DNA of 63,442 nt, counting the filler, from Octopus bimaculoides (lineage: Eukaryota), in NCBI RefSeq assembly GCF_001194135.2. It is 8 parts of 5 records of this genome, joined end to end, with 100 filler letters (N's around TTAATTAATTAA, not from the genome) between each part and the next. Parts side by side here need not be neighbours in the genome. Positions count along the whole stretch, not along the records: positions 1 to 10,421 come from NC_068994.1; positions 10,522 to 16,516 come from NC_068991.1; 6 more parts are not named here. The stretch is one strand, 5' to 3'. Each line of letters opens with the position of its first letter. Position 1 is the first letter of the stretch. The position numbers were made by a program, and so were the translations under genes. The notes under the pieces are model-generated. The model was not told the DNA's origin and ran no database searches. It was given only the letters and a program-made list of their open reading frames with translations. Below are positions 1 to 12,114 of the stretch, in pieces.

Positions 1-50
<50 letters not shown>

Positions 51-274
51 CATGTATGTTGTCACAGTGAGCATGTTCGTACACTGCAATACATGTTTGG
101 ATACGTGTGTATACATTGTGTCTATATATGTATTTACATATGTGAGTGGGTGATTTGTTATGCTTGACTGAAACGAATGAAAATAATAATATGAACTGTA
201 CTTAAAGTAACAACAGCAGCAGCAACAACAACTGCAGTAACAGCAGAACAGGTGTATTTTTGCTGATTGTATTG

Positions 275-362
275 TTATTGAACAACCCCAGGGAACCTCT
301 GACTGAATAGACCTCTGGTCAAAGCCATTTCAGCTGTGACCCTCCCATCTTTCAATCAGATC
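275..362. repeat. Short interspersed repeat fragment (family G)
   Basis: ACCCCAGG...GACC..TG.TCAAAG.CATT.CAGCTGTGACC.TCCC.TCTTT pattern recurs, degenerate, at about 19725-19790, 46915-47000 and 54270-54330; aligned by eye. Confidence 0.4.
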
Positions 363-370
363 TGCTTATA

Positions 371-764
371 GGCGTAGGAGTGGCTGTGTGGTAAGTAGCT
401 TGCTTACCAACCACATGGTTCCGGGTTCAGTCCCACTGCGTGGCACCTTGGGAAAATGTCTTCTACTATAGCCTTGGGCCGACCAAAGCCTTGTGAGTGG
501 ATTTGGTAGACGGAAACTGGAAGAAGCCTGTTGTATATATGTGTATATATGTATGTGTGTTTGTCCCCTCCACCATCGATTGGCAACTGATACTGGTGTG
601 TTTACGTCCCCGTAACTTAGCGGTTCGGCAAAAGAGACCGATAGAATAAGTACTAGGCTTCCAAAAAATAAGTCCTGGGGTCATTTTGCTCGACTAAAGG
701 CGGTGCTCCAACATGGCCACAGTCAAAAGACTGAAACAAGTAAAAGAGTAAAAGAGTAAAGAGT
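371..764 (+). mobile_element. tRNA-derived SINE, family A, near full length
   Basis: tRNA-like head with A-box (TGGCTGTGTGGTAAG) and B-box (GGTTCAGTCCC), central CCTTGGG-A-AA-TGTCTTCTACTATAGCC block, internal (TG/TA) microsatellite and (GTAAAAGA)n tail; many copies in window. Confidence 0.85.
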
Positions 765-875
765 NNNNNNNNNNNNNNNNNNNNNNNNNNNNNNNNNNNN
801 NNNNNNNNNNNNNNNNNNNNNNNNNNNNNNNNNNNNNNNNNNNNNNNNNNNNNNNNNNNNNNNTATATATATATA

Positions 876-1105
876 TATATATATTGTCGTGAAATGCTCG
901 AAATATGGATTAGAAAAACAGTCGACAACTGATGAAGGGTCGTTGGTTTGTGTTGTTTGTCTTGTTTTCCATTTGTTTCTTTCATTGTTTGCATAAAAAG
1001 TTCATTTTCCATGTCCTCGTACTTTGTGTTTTTTGTTGTTTATGTTTTGTGACATCCTGTGCACACATATGCATATGTATGTACGTATACATGTAAGTAT
1101 GTACA
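876..1105 (+). repeat. T-rich interspersed repeat (family E), possible PLE pseudo-LTR fragment
   Basis: Aligns by eye with 21121-21335 (TCGAAA...TTAGAA...CARCTGRTGAAGG...T-rich...GACRTCCTGT...TATGCAT...GTATGTACATATATG); a partial inverted copy lies near 50865-50930. Confidence 0.45.
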
Positions 1106-1147
1106 TATATGTATGTATATATGCATATATATATATATATACATATG

Positions 1148-1193
1148 TTATTTATATTATTATATGATTGAATGCCACGCATCCTTTTCCAAG
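1148..1193 (-). mobile_element. Terminal fragment of the PLE at 31061-33076
   Basis: 46 nt match to 31061-31106 with 2 mismatches; both copies lie next to a (TA)n tract on the same side. Confidence 0.6.
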
Positions 1194-1221
1194 AAAGTTC
1201 AGTATATATATATATATACTA

Positions 1222-1405
1222 TATCATCATCATCTAATGTCTGTTTTCCATGTTGGCATGGGTTGCATGGTTTGACCAGAGCTGGTAAGCCAGAGAGCTG
1301 CATCATGTTCCAGTCTGATTTGGTTTGTTCTCTATAGCTGGACCCCCTTCCTAATGACAACTACTTTACATTTTGTGCTGGGTACTTTTTATGTGGCACC
1401 AGCCT
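1222..1405 (-). mobile_element. Old, diverged copy of SINE family D
   Basis: (CAT)n followed by TTTCCATG..GGCATGGGTTG...TACAGCTGG..CCCTTCCTAATG-like blocks, degenerate relative to 61454-61752. Confidence 0.65.
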
Positions 1406-1675
1406 GTATATATGTTCCTCACATACTGTTATTTTCTGTTAATATGGTGTTTTCTTTGGTGGTTGAATTTAGACTTTAACTCATATTTCTAAACAGGTTG
1501 ATGCTTTGCGCATCCTTATGCTTCGTGCATATTTTAGAATTTTATAGCTATATAATGCTGTTAAACCTGTAACCACCTATCTTACTATTATTACTATTAT
1601 CAATTACAAATAATAACCACAGATAATATTAACAATATTAGTATCTTGTTTTGAATGTAAGAATTCGAATATTTG

Positions 1676-1746
<71 letters not shown>

Positions 1747-2413
1747 GTATGTGTGTGTGTGTGTGTGTATAGGCCAGCAAAGGTTATTTTGTGTCAAACA
1801 GCAACTGTAGCGAATGTGCCCCAAATCCTGCTCTTTACACTTATACTCATACCATAAAATGTTTTGAGCACTCAGGAGAAGCATGGTGTACATGGCATAG
1901 AGGCAATTTTGTCTCTTTTCTTTTATAAACCACGTTTGAACTCCATAAATAAAGAATGTTTTCTACATGTACCCCTAAGAAAATCAGCCTTGTTTACTCA
2001 ATACTTTGAAGTATGTTACAGGCACTCCAGGGTAGGTTCTTGTGTATCGGGATGACTTTCTTACTGTGAACAACATACGACCCAAGTTACCTGAAGCCAC
2101 GCACCTCCTTGCATTGTGTGCTATGTGTGCTATCATTGCAACAAATTGTCTTTGTTGTTGATATTCATGTATTAAGGGCCTTTATAAGCCTTTGAAGTGA
2201 TAAGGCAAGTCAAATGTTAGAGAGTTACAAGCTCTGCTGAGGTCTTGAATATCTCTGCTCTTTAGTGAGGCTTTTGACATGTAACATGACTTTTACTGCT
2301 TTCAGTTGAGTGGATTTTCCAAAAGATATCCAGAAGTGCATTAAGTAATTGTTGTTTCAACAGCAATTCTAATTCTGCATGCTCCTTTCTAAAACAGATG
2401 CATAATTTTTTCT

Positions 2414-2459
<46 letters not shown>

Positions 2460-2469
2460 NNNNNNNNNN

Positions 2470-2508
<39 letters not shown>

Positions 2509-3750
2509 TTCTTGCTCTTGTGATAAAGGAGACATTTTCTGCTTTTATAAAGTTCTTCCAAGTACTTCTTTACCTGGAATTCTGCTTGTATTACAAATGA
2601 GGTAAAATTAGTTTTAACGCAGCCACTATATGAATGATTTTAAAGTGCCTGACCCTGTACAAATGTCACTGCTGGTGTTGTTGCTATTATCACTATTTTC
2701 AGAGATTAACATAGCTAGGACCAGATCCCAATGATCAACAACTAGCCTTTCTTTTCATACCCAGAAGAGATTTCTCCACTTAACAATTATTGACATTCTA
2801 CAAAGATCAGGTGAGGACAACAGGTGAACCATAGAAATATATGTTTTATATCTGGGACAGTGATCACTTTTACTGTACACAGATACATCATAGATAGCAT
2901 ATGGAAAAAAGTTACTCATGGCAAAAAAAACATTCACAGACATGGGCCATAGGCATGTTGTGTCCTCTTTCTACTTTTTCTATTGCTGCTATAATGACCT
3001 TTGTCTCCTGTGGTCTGTCTCCTTCACTCAGGTATTCCTAACTCACTCACTTCCCTTCCTTCTATCACAACTCCCACCATGCTCAACACTAGCCACCATA
3101 TCCAGTTCCTTGTTTCCAGAATATTGGCCTTCTGGAATACCCAATGTGTTCCTGTTTTTCTTGCAGGTGTTGAATTGCAATAATTCAAGAGGACATTAAC
3201 AGTATGAATCTCACTCTTCACAGAGGGTTTGCAAATATCATGGGTCTTACCTCTTACTCCAGGCCTAGCAAGTGAAAAAAAAGCCTTGATGATTCAGGAA
3301 TAAATGAAATAGACATAGCAGTGAAATTAACTGTAGATAGTGTGGTCCAAGGAATACTGTAGTTCTTAGTATGTAAGTTGATCACATAGAATACTTGTAA
3401 CCAGGAAATATACATAGGATTTAGCAAAAACAAGAAGTCTACGTTGAAACAGTTTGATTTTTTAAAGAAAGAACTTACAGAGATTTAGATAATGGAGTTA
3501 GTTGACAAAAGCTATTAGAAGGAAGCAAATGTCATTTATTGTTGGAGAACCAACAAGATGGAAATGGTAAGATGACAGGAAGAATTATTAGGTCTGTGTA
3601 ATTGTGTAGTGGAAGTCAAATGATGCTGGATAGATGAGAAACAAATTAGATTAGATGTAAAGCAATCAGTCAGCAGAGTAAATAGAATGACTACTGGGCA
3701 AAATACCTATAGACTCCATCTGCACAAAAAATATATAGTGAAGTCAGTGC

Positions 3751-3960
3751 TAATAATGGTTTCAAATTTTGGCACAGGGCCAGCAATTTTGGTTAATTAC
3801 ATTAACCCCATTACTCAGCTGGTACTTATTTTATCGACTCTAAAAGGATGACAGGCAAAATTGACCTTGGTGGTATTTGACCTCAGATCATAAAGATGAA
3901 CAGAATACCTTTAAGGATTTTGCTTGGTGCAGTAATGATTCTGCCAGCTCACCACCTTAG
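3751..3960 (-). mobile_element. SINE family C
   Basis: TTTCAAATTTTGGCACAGGGCCAGCAATT...CTGGTACTTATTTTATCGAC...AAAGGATGA...GATTCTGCCAGCTC shared with 17421, 28050, 38750 and 54940 copies. Confidence 0.75.
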
Positions 3961-4224
3961 CCAATGCTAATAATACTAAATGTAGTGAGTTAAGTAATGT
4001 TAACCAAATAAACTTACATCTACAGGAAGAGGTAAGAAATATTTAGTTAATGATTAATTCTGGTCAAGAAACATGAGGAGATGAAGAAACTTAAATTTGT
4101 TAGAATTAATTTATTATGGAATGTAGATATACAGTGGCTGTATGGTTCAGCAGGTTCATTTTTTCACACTGTAGCCCCACTGCACTGTGCAATGTCTTTG
4201 GCAAGTCTCAGGCTGATAAGTCTG

Positions 4225-4487
4225 GGTAAGGTTGTTCATGGAAGACCAGCAGTCACCCATGCATACCAGCCTCCTCTCTTCATGCCATCGATGTTATCCA
4301 AGGGAAAAGCAAAGGCTGATACATCTTGGAACCAGTGTTGCCAAAACTCATTTCTACAGTTGAGTGAACAAGAGCAAAGTGGAATGAAGTGTCTTGCTTA
4401 AGAACACAACAAACAGCCCAGTTCCTGGAATCGAACTCACTACCTCATGATTGAGCCTGATGCTCTAACCACTGAGTCATGCACCTT
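4225..4487 (-). mobile_element. tRNA-derived SINE family B
   Basis: Reverse complement reads CTCAGTGGTTAGAGCATC...GAGTTCGATTCC...TTGTGTTCTTAAGCAAGACACTT; head and centre match 15352-15500. Confidence 0.75.
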
Positions 4488-5210
4488 TGGAAATTACAGT
4501 AACGGTAAAGGGTATTGTAGGAGAAGCAATCATAGCAGCTGTATACTTGTTGGCGACTGAGTGAGTAATGAATAGTCAGAAAGATGATTACTAGATTTCA
4601 ATGAAAACGTGGTAGGAAGCGACAGCTAGTACAGAAAAGTAATGGTTGCTTGTAAGAAAACAGACGTTTAACTGATAACTGTAAAGACTGGTTGGATAGC
4701 AGAGATGGCCTTGGCAATGATAAGAGATAGTGATGAGTATCAGTAATAAGCCATCTCTGAGAGATTGATGATTAGCAGTACAGATTGGTACTTGTTGGTG
4801 TATCAGATATTAGCAGCTTTGATGGAATCCATCATAACATAAACATCATAATGGAAATGGAAGAGAAAGGAAAGTGTCACAAATGGTGATGGAGGTAACA
4901 GAATGTGGCCAGATCCGTCAGTTGGTAAAATAAAAGAGATGAGAAGTCATTGAGGATACAGTTGGAGATGTGTGAGAGTCAATGAGTAAAAGAGCCAAAT
5001 GTAAACACACGTCCTAATTTCTGTCCCTTCTACCAAGAAAAAAAAAAAAGAGAGAAAAAAAGATTTCACTATGATCATATAAATGGTTGGGTCTTCTTCA
5101 GCATTGCATCTTGTCCATCAGTGTGGTCCATTATCATTTCCAATTCTGTCCATGTATTGCAAAATTTCCTTCAACAAGTTCCACCTACTTTGAGTGCTCC
5201 ACACTTCTTT

Positions 5211-5622
5211 ACACAAGGCATGGCTGTGTCGTAAGAAACTTGCATCCCAACCACATGATTCTGGGTTCAGTCCCACTGTGTGGCACCTTGGGCAAGTATC
5301 TTCTACTGTAGCCCCGGATAGACCAAAACCTTGTGAGTGAATTTGGTAGACAAGAACTGAAAGAAGCCCGTTGTATGTAAATAGATATGTATATATCTAT
5401 GTGTGTGTGTATTTGTCTTCCCATCACCACTTGACAACTGGTGTTGGTGTGTTTACGTCCCTATAGCTTAGCAGTTCAGCAAAAAATAAAAAAACCGATA
5501 GAATAAGTACTAGGGTTTAAAAATAAGTCCTGGGGTCGATTTGTTCGACTAAAGCCCTTCGAGGTGGTGCTCCAGTATGGTGGCAGTCAGATGACTAAAA
5601 CAGGTAAAAGAATAAAAGAATA
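5211..5622 (+). mobile_element. SINE family A, full length
   Basis: Colinear with 371-764 from head to GTAAAAGAATAAAAGAA tail. Confidence 0.85.
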
Positions 5623-6734
5623 TCACCTGCTTGTACCAGTGCAGTGTTTTCTCTTGCACATAAGCACGGCTCCTTCATTTATCCTCTTTCTGCACACCTC
5701 ATATATGCTCCTCATTTACTCACACAAACAGTGGCACGCTGAGAGTATGAAGGGCCCTCGGCATAACTATTTACCAGGCCCCTTTGAACGTGTGTTTTAG
5801 CAGAGTTAACATGTAGAGTCTGGGCCCCTCATAGCTCCGGGCCCTTGGGCAGTGCCCGATTAATCGACATTTCAACCTGCCCCTGTACACAAATATTACA
5901 CATCTAGCACAGCAGCATACACACTTTATTCTTTTTAACCCCATACAAATCCTCTATATTCATATGTTTTCCTATCAAATAACATTACTCTTTGTATGCA
6001 AGCAAGGTACAATCTGCTCTTTACTTTGAGAGAGAAACTCCTTGTGGCCAGCAGAGGTAAAGGCTAACTGAATATTCTACACTCTGTTCTTTCCTCCAAC
6101 TGCAATGCTTTTGGTACATCTGCCTTCATTGTTGATTGTGTAATAAAAGTTATCAGCTGCTCCTAGTGAGCCTTCTGAGATTTGAAGGAGTTTATTTTGT
6201 GTGTATTCTTTCTACTAACTATTCTTTTGCACCTGCTGCATAAGATGTCCAACTTCTCTGAGCACAGTACTTTATAGTGCACATTAGACATAATTTACAG
6301 TGTGCGACCAGCACCAGATTGTTTGTGTCTCTCAAGTCCTTCAAGAAGTGGGCTACATGAGACATAGCTCATGATCGGTATAATCAGGCTTGATCCCACT
6401 ACACATTTTGCACACCCATAATTTTCACCATGTTTATATCTATCTATCTATATATATATATATATATATATATATCTGTCAGCCCGTTTGTCTGTCTGTA
6501 TATACATGTACACACCTGTGTATGTGTATGCATTTATATATTTATGTATGCTTGTATCTATCAATCTATCTATATATCTAACTAGCAAATGCATATACTC
6601 ACATATTATTTGTATTATATAATCTAACTACCTATCTACCTATCTAATTACCAACCTAGCTATCTATCTGTTTGTCACATTATCTGTCTGTTTATGTCTG
6701 TCTCTCTTTATGCATGAACACACACGCACGCACA

Positions 6735-6766
<32 letters not shown>

Positions 6767-8404
6767 CAAACACACGCACACACACAAAGCACATATGATA
6801 AGCAGCAGAACCAAGCCTTGCTCATAACTGAGACAAATGATATATTGAATCCACAATATTATGAAAAGATCGCTATATGACACTGACAATCTTCAGTTCT
6901 TCCTGGAATGTTGATTGCTGCATCCAATTAATTCAGAAGATGGTTCAAGTTGAGTTTCNNNNNNNNNNNNNNNNNNNNNNNNNNNNNNNNNNNNNNNNNN
7001 NNNNNNNNNNNNNNNNNNNNNNNNNNNNNNNNNNNNNNNNNNNNNNNNNNNNNNNNNNGAGAGGAGAGAGGGTGGGTATAAGAGAGGGAAGGTGGATTGA
7101 TAAATTAAATATATATATATATGTGTATATATATAAATTAAATATATATATATAAATGATGAAATATTTGCAATGGATGAACTTTTAAACATTGATGGGA
7201 TTCATAGGACTACCAACATATCCAACAACAAGATGAATTTTAATATAATTACTACCGAAGTCTTATATATATTCAGAAAAACATACCAATTTTTATAAAA
7301 AAATATATATCACTTAAAATTTCAACAAAGGATAAAAAAATGAACTTTCCAAATTATAGGAGGATTAATGTTACAATTTCTTTAAAGCACGGTATACACT
7401 TAAATATTTTTAATATTTTAATTAATATTACGTATACCATTCGTTCTTAACATTCATCTCCGAAGAGTGGAATTATTGATAGTATGTTGCTCTTTTGATT
7501 ACATTGTTGTTACAATAATATCCGTGAAATGATCATCAGATGTTTAACTTTTTTAAATTTTAGACTTTATAATATTCATGCTCAGTTACACATAAATTTT
7601 TATATGCATTTATATTCACATGTATCTTTATCTACATTCATATTTTTATATATATTTATATTTATATTTCGTATATCTTAAATTTTAAATTTATTATATT
7701 ACCATGTCATATTGGATATATATCTTTCGAAATTTAAATATTAAATATTGATTTCCTGCGAATATTATTGATAATTTTATGAATTTATTAATAATATAAA
7801 AACACATACAACCATGTTACTAAAACAAATTTGTACTCATGAGGGCAGCATTCAAAAATTTTGTGTTTCAAGTTCTAGAGTATGCCTGGATTGTGTGAAT
7901 TTTCATCTGTGAGTATGTGTGCATGCATCTATGCATATATCTGTGTGTATGTTTACTGGTGTACATCGATGTTGCATTCCTCAGTGTCAAGAAAGGTAAA
8001 ACTTAGCCTCGCAACAAAATGAAATCAATACAATAAGAATTAGCACCATGAAATACTGGGGTAAATATGTTGACTAAAAGTATATAAGCATATATTGATG
8101 ATGGTATTTCATCATGGCCATTGTCTAATGACTTATACTAGCAAAAATAAATAAATAAATAAAATAGTACCTGGCAAAGTTTCATACTGGACAGTAGCTC
8201 TCTCACTCCAGTCATGTTCACTCTCAGCATGTCCAGAGATTGTTGGCATTTCATTGAAAGGACCATTACCTCCCTTGATATAATCTCTACTGTCTGCATT
8301 TTCCTGGATGAGTTTTTGAATGAAACAGATACAAAAATAATAATGATGATGATGATGATGATGATGATAATAATGATAATAATAATGATAATGATAATAA
8401 TAAT

Positions 8405-8520
8405 AATGCTGTCTGAGGTCCTTGTGACTTGACAGACAGCACAAACTTCCGGTAGATACAATATCTTCAATCAGCAACCTCATGATATTGTGTATTATGT
8501 GATGTTTATAATAATAATAA
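8405..8520 (+). mobile_element. Probable 3-prime end fragment of a Dong/R4-like non-LTR element within a (TAA)/(GAT) microsatellite
   Basis: Short unique segment (CTGAGGTCCTTG...) bounded on both sides by (TAA)n; adjacent to a clear R4-type fragment. Confidence 0.35.
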
Positions 8521-8545
8521 CAACAACAACACTGATAAGAATATG

Positions 8546-8970
8546 CTAGAGCACAATAGACTGGACAAGATGCACCACATATGTTATATAATTGATGTTG
8601 CATGCCCCTTTGACCCATGAATAGTCAAGAAGGAAGGCAAATAAATAGATAAATACAACCCTCTTAAGTATAAAATAGCCCAGCTATGGGAAATGAAGAA
8701 GGTGAAGGTAGTGCCAATTATTGTTGGGTCCTTGGGGACAGTATTAGAAGGCATCAAGCAGGATATAAAGGAAATCAGAATAGAGTGTCCTGTATAAAAG
8801 TTGCAAAAAGTTTGCCTCCTTGGCATGGCCAGAATAATCAGGAGAGTATTAGATAGTTGAAATGAACAGATAGCATGGTACCATAAGCTGCAGGCAGAAA
8901 GCCCATTGTGCATGCAAGATTCCAAGAGTTCCAACAAAACCTGAGATGAAAAGAAAAATAATAATAATAG
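8546..8970 (+). mobile_element. R4/Dong-like non-LTR retrotransposon 3-prime fragment (restriction-like endonuclease C-terminus), pseudogenised
   Basis: Plus-strand translation IIDVACPFDP*IVKKEGK*IDKYNPLKYKIAQLWEMKKVKVVPIIVGSLGTV...KLQKVCLLGMARIIRRVLDS* (stop 8858-8860), then short 3-prime UTR and (TAA)n tail. Confidence 0.8.
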
Positions 8971-9069
8971 TATAGTATGTCTGTGTCACGAAAAGAGTTC
9001 ACTGAGATCTTAGCTAAGTTTGTGGATTTCAAGTCACAGAAAAAGGGTATAAACACATGCTAGATGCAG

Positions 9070-9500
9070 TGATGGTGAACAACATTTACTAGGTTTCATG
9101 AAATTTCTCCATAAAGACTGATCTTACTATTGGAGCAAGGACACCAAATATGATCAATGACAAGAAAAAGAAAAAAAAAGATATAAGATCATAAACTTTG
9201 CTATGCTACAGGAANNNNNNNNNNNNNNNNNNNNNNNNNNNNNNNNNGGAACACAAAGGTGACAATTGTTCCAGTGGTAATTGGTGTACTCAGCATAACA
9301 ATCTAAACTGTGGCCTGAAATGCAAAGGATATTTGAACTGAAACACATATTGCTGACCTGCAGAAAATACCACCCTGTATTCTGTAAGAATTCTATGAAT
9401 GATTCTTGCTATTTGAGAACACTTGTTGTTCCCAAATCTCAGGATAACGATCCTCTTAATTGAAGTAGTATGTAATAACTTTTGAATGTTAATAATAATA
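9070..9500 (+). mobile_element. Second R4/Dong-like 3-prime fragment
   Basis: Translation WNTKVTIVPVVIGVLS...IADLQK with stops; ends in (TAA)n near 9490-9500. Confidence 0.65.
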
Positions 9501-9910
9501 ATGAACTTTCTACTAAAGGCACAAGGCCTGAAATTTTGGGGGAGAGGACTAGTCAATTATATTGACCCCAGTGTTTCACTGATACTTAATTTATCAACTT
9601 AGAAATGATGAAAAGCANNNNNNNNNNNNNNNNNNNNNNNNNNNNNNNNNNNNNNNNNNNNNNNNNNNNNNNNNNNNNNNNNNNNNNNNNNNNNNNNNNN
9701 NNNNNNNNNNNNNNNNNNNNNNNNNNNNNNNNNNNNNNNNNNNNNNNNNNNNNNNNNNNNNNNNNNNNNNNNNNNNNNNNNNNNNNNNNNNNNNNNNNNN
9801 NNNNNNNNNNNNNNNNNNNNNNNNNNNNNNNNNNNNNNNNNNNNNNNNNNNNNNNNNNNNNNNNNNNNNNNNNNNNNNNNNNNNNNNNNNNNNNNNNNNN
9901 NNNNNNNNNN

Positions 9911-10226
9911 AAAAAAAAAAAAAAGATATAAGATCATAAACTTTGCTATGCTACAGGAAATAAATTGAGAAAACTGAAAAACAGAGGACTTAGCAAAAAA
10001 TATGAAGTGATTGTGGAACACAAAGGTGACAATTGTTCCAGTGGTAATTGGTGTACTCAGCATAACAATCTAAACTGTGGCCTGAAATGCAAAGGATATT
10101 TGAACTGAAACACATATTGCTGACCTGCAGAAAATACCACCCTGATCATATTTGGTGTCCTTGCTCCAATAGTAAGATCAGTCTTTATGGAGAAATTTCA
10201 TGAAACCTAGTAAATGTTGTTCACCA
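9911..10226. repeat. Local duplication of the R4-like fragment: direct copy plus inverted copy
   Basis: 9915-10143 matches the called bases of 9170-9378; 10143-10226 is the reverse complement of about 9074-9153. Confidence 0.85.
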
Positions 10227-10421
10227 GAACATGGATGAAATGCCACTAAGCATTTTGCCCAGTGTGGTAGTGATGGTGGGGAGGGTTGTGCTTCATTAAT
10301 TCAATAGCTTCAGGACTCCAGTTTCTTACTGAAGAATATCTTTGGGTTTTAAAGACAATTCCAACAGTTTCTAATTTTATTTTTAAAAAAAGTTAGGGAC
10401 AATAGCAAATGAAGTACTAAA

Positions 10422-10521
10422 NNNNNNNNNNNNNNNNNNNNNNNNNNNNNNNNNNNNNNNNNNNNTTAATTAATTAANNNNNNNNNNNNNNNNNNNNNNN
10501 NNNNNNNNNNNNNNNNNNNNN
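10422..10521. other. Artificial scaffold join 44N-TTAATTAATTAA-44N (also 16517-16616, 23201-23300, 28623-28722, 34458-34557, 59870-59969, 61753-61852)
   Basis: Identical 12-mer centred in exactly 100-nt gaps seven times; it is palindromic with TAA in all six frames. Confidence 0.95.
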
Positions 10522-10873
10522 CATTGTCAACTAATGATGCTGGGTAATGTCTTTCGAGGAGAATTGCCTTTAGTTCTTCGAGTCTTTTATTTCGAGTTCT
10601 ATAATTAGAGACAATTGTGCAAATTCTTCTCGCAAGGTTGAAGGGAATGTTTGTCTTTGTATGTTTTGGGTGATTGGAGGTGAACAGAAGGTATTGCTTG
10701 GAATCAGTCGGTTTGTAATGAATATCAGTCTCAATGCTGGTACCCATTTTTATAATGAGAATGTCAAGAAAAGGAAGTTGGTCTTGACTGTATTCCATTG
10801 TAAATTGGATATGGTTGTTGACACTGTTAATTAGAGTTTTGAAGTCAAAGAGTTGGTCGAGTGTGTGGGACCA
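10522..10873 (-). mobile_element. Penelope-like element RT fragment (Neptune/Poseidon-like), 5-prime truncated
   Basis: WSHTLDQLFDFKTLINSVNNHIQFTMEYSQDQLPFLDILI...TDIHYKPTDSKQYLLFTSNHPKHTKTNIPFNLARRICTIVS: PLE palm/thumb motifs (IxFTxE, LPFLD, YxKPTD, SxHP). Confidence 0.85.
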
Positions 10874-10891
10874 TATATATATATATATATT

Positions 10892-11410
10892 TAGATTCAT
10901 TCTTTACGTGTTGCCTGTTCACCTTGATGAGGGGTCGTTGCTGTGATGCACTTTAAAAGTAATCAGACCGCAGTAATGAGCTCCCAAAATGGCCATAGTT
11001 TTGTTTGAATTGAAATTTTGGAACTCCTTTTTTTCATGAACTCTAAGCTCCATGGTTTTAAGAATTGAACTTTTGGATGTACTCTTCCGTGAGGGGAGTA
11101 AAAAAGCGTTTTTAAAATATTTTTAGTCGATTGATATTTTATTTTATTTTAGTTTATTTTGTTTTTTAGTAGCACGACACGCTTTAGAGTCTTTATGAAT
11201 TTTTAGTCGTTTATATTTATTTTTTGATAGGTTTCTCTATATATTTGTATTTTATTCGCATATATATTTTCACCTTTGTTTTTATGTATATGTATATTTC
11301 TATTTTATTTTATATGATTTAAGAACCGTGGTAATATTTATATATGGTCAAATGTTTGCGGTATGGTGTTTTGACTCGAATCTGATGTTTGTTCTATGAT
11401 TAGTGTTTCT
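10892..11410 (+). mobile_element. Probable inverted pseudo-LTR of the PLE, containing a degenerate hammerhead-like motif (10924-10997)
   Basis: T-rich strand opposite to the RT fragment; TTGATGA core, long stem II, palindromic ATGGCCAT stem III. Confidence 0.5.
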
Positions 11411-11411
11411 T

Positions 11412-11477
<66 letters not shown>

Positions 11478-11726
11478 CATACATGTATATATATATGTAC
11501 ATATATATACATATACATAGANNNNNNNNNNNNNNNNNNNNNNNNNNNNNNNNNNNNNNNNNNNNNNNNNNNNNNNNNNNNNNNNNNNNNNNNNNNNNNN
11601 NNNNNNNNNNNNNNNNNNNNNNNNNNNNNNNNNNNNNNNNNNNNNNNNNNNNNNNNNNNNNNNNNNNNNNNNNNNNNNNNNNNNNNNNNNNNNNNNNNNN
11701 NNNNNNNNNNNNNNNNNNNNNNNNNN

Positions 11727-11760
<34 letters not shown>

Positions 11761-12114
11761 TTACACACTGCCAAATCGCCCAAAGACAACTGCGCACACA
11801 CATTCATTTACTTACACGTACACCCAAGTACATATTTAACCTTCAGAGCGGGTATTGGTATATCTTTCTGAAACAATAACCACCTCTTTTCTTTAATGTT
11901 CTGCTATAACTGTCCCTCTCGAGTCACTCTCAGAACCATATAGCAGCCAATATCAGTTCTTCGACCCTATGACTAAGCTCTCAGTTGTAAGTTTATCAAC
12001 CCAAGGCATACTATGAGGGAGGTGAGTAAACAATGAAACATAAAAGTAGGTTTTAGTCTATTTATAGCTTGATGTTAAATAAGTGTATATAAGACGGAGA
12101 GAAAACAGAATCGC

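Larger units (their letters stand above)
3290..4980 (-). mobile_element. Possible ancient CR1/L2-type LINE relic interrupted by SINEs
   Basis: Purine-skewed degenerate sequence; minus-strand reading near 3330-3375 (TVFLGPHYLQLI) loosely resembles the RT motif QGSILGPTLFLIFI. Very decayed. Confidence 0.25.

Noticed and set aside
1780-2330. Possible decayed coding or transposon sequence
   Set aside because: Stops in all frames tried and no recognisable motif.
5752-5885. GC-rich GGGCCC-containing segment ending CCTGCCCCTG, like a hAT terminus
   Set aside because: No partner TIR or TSD found.
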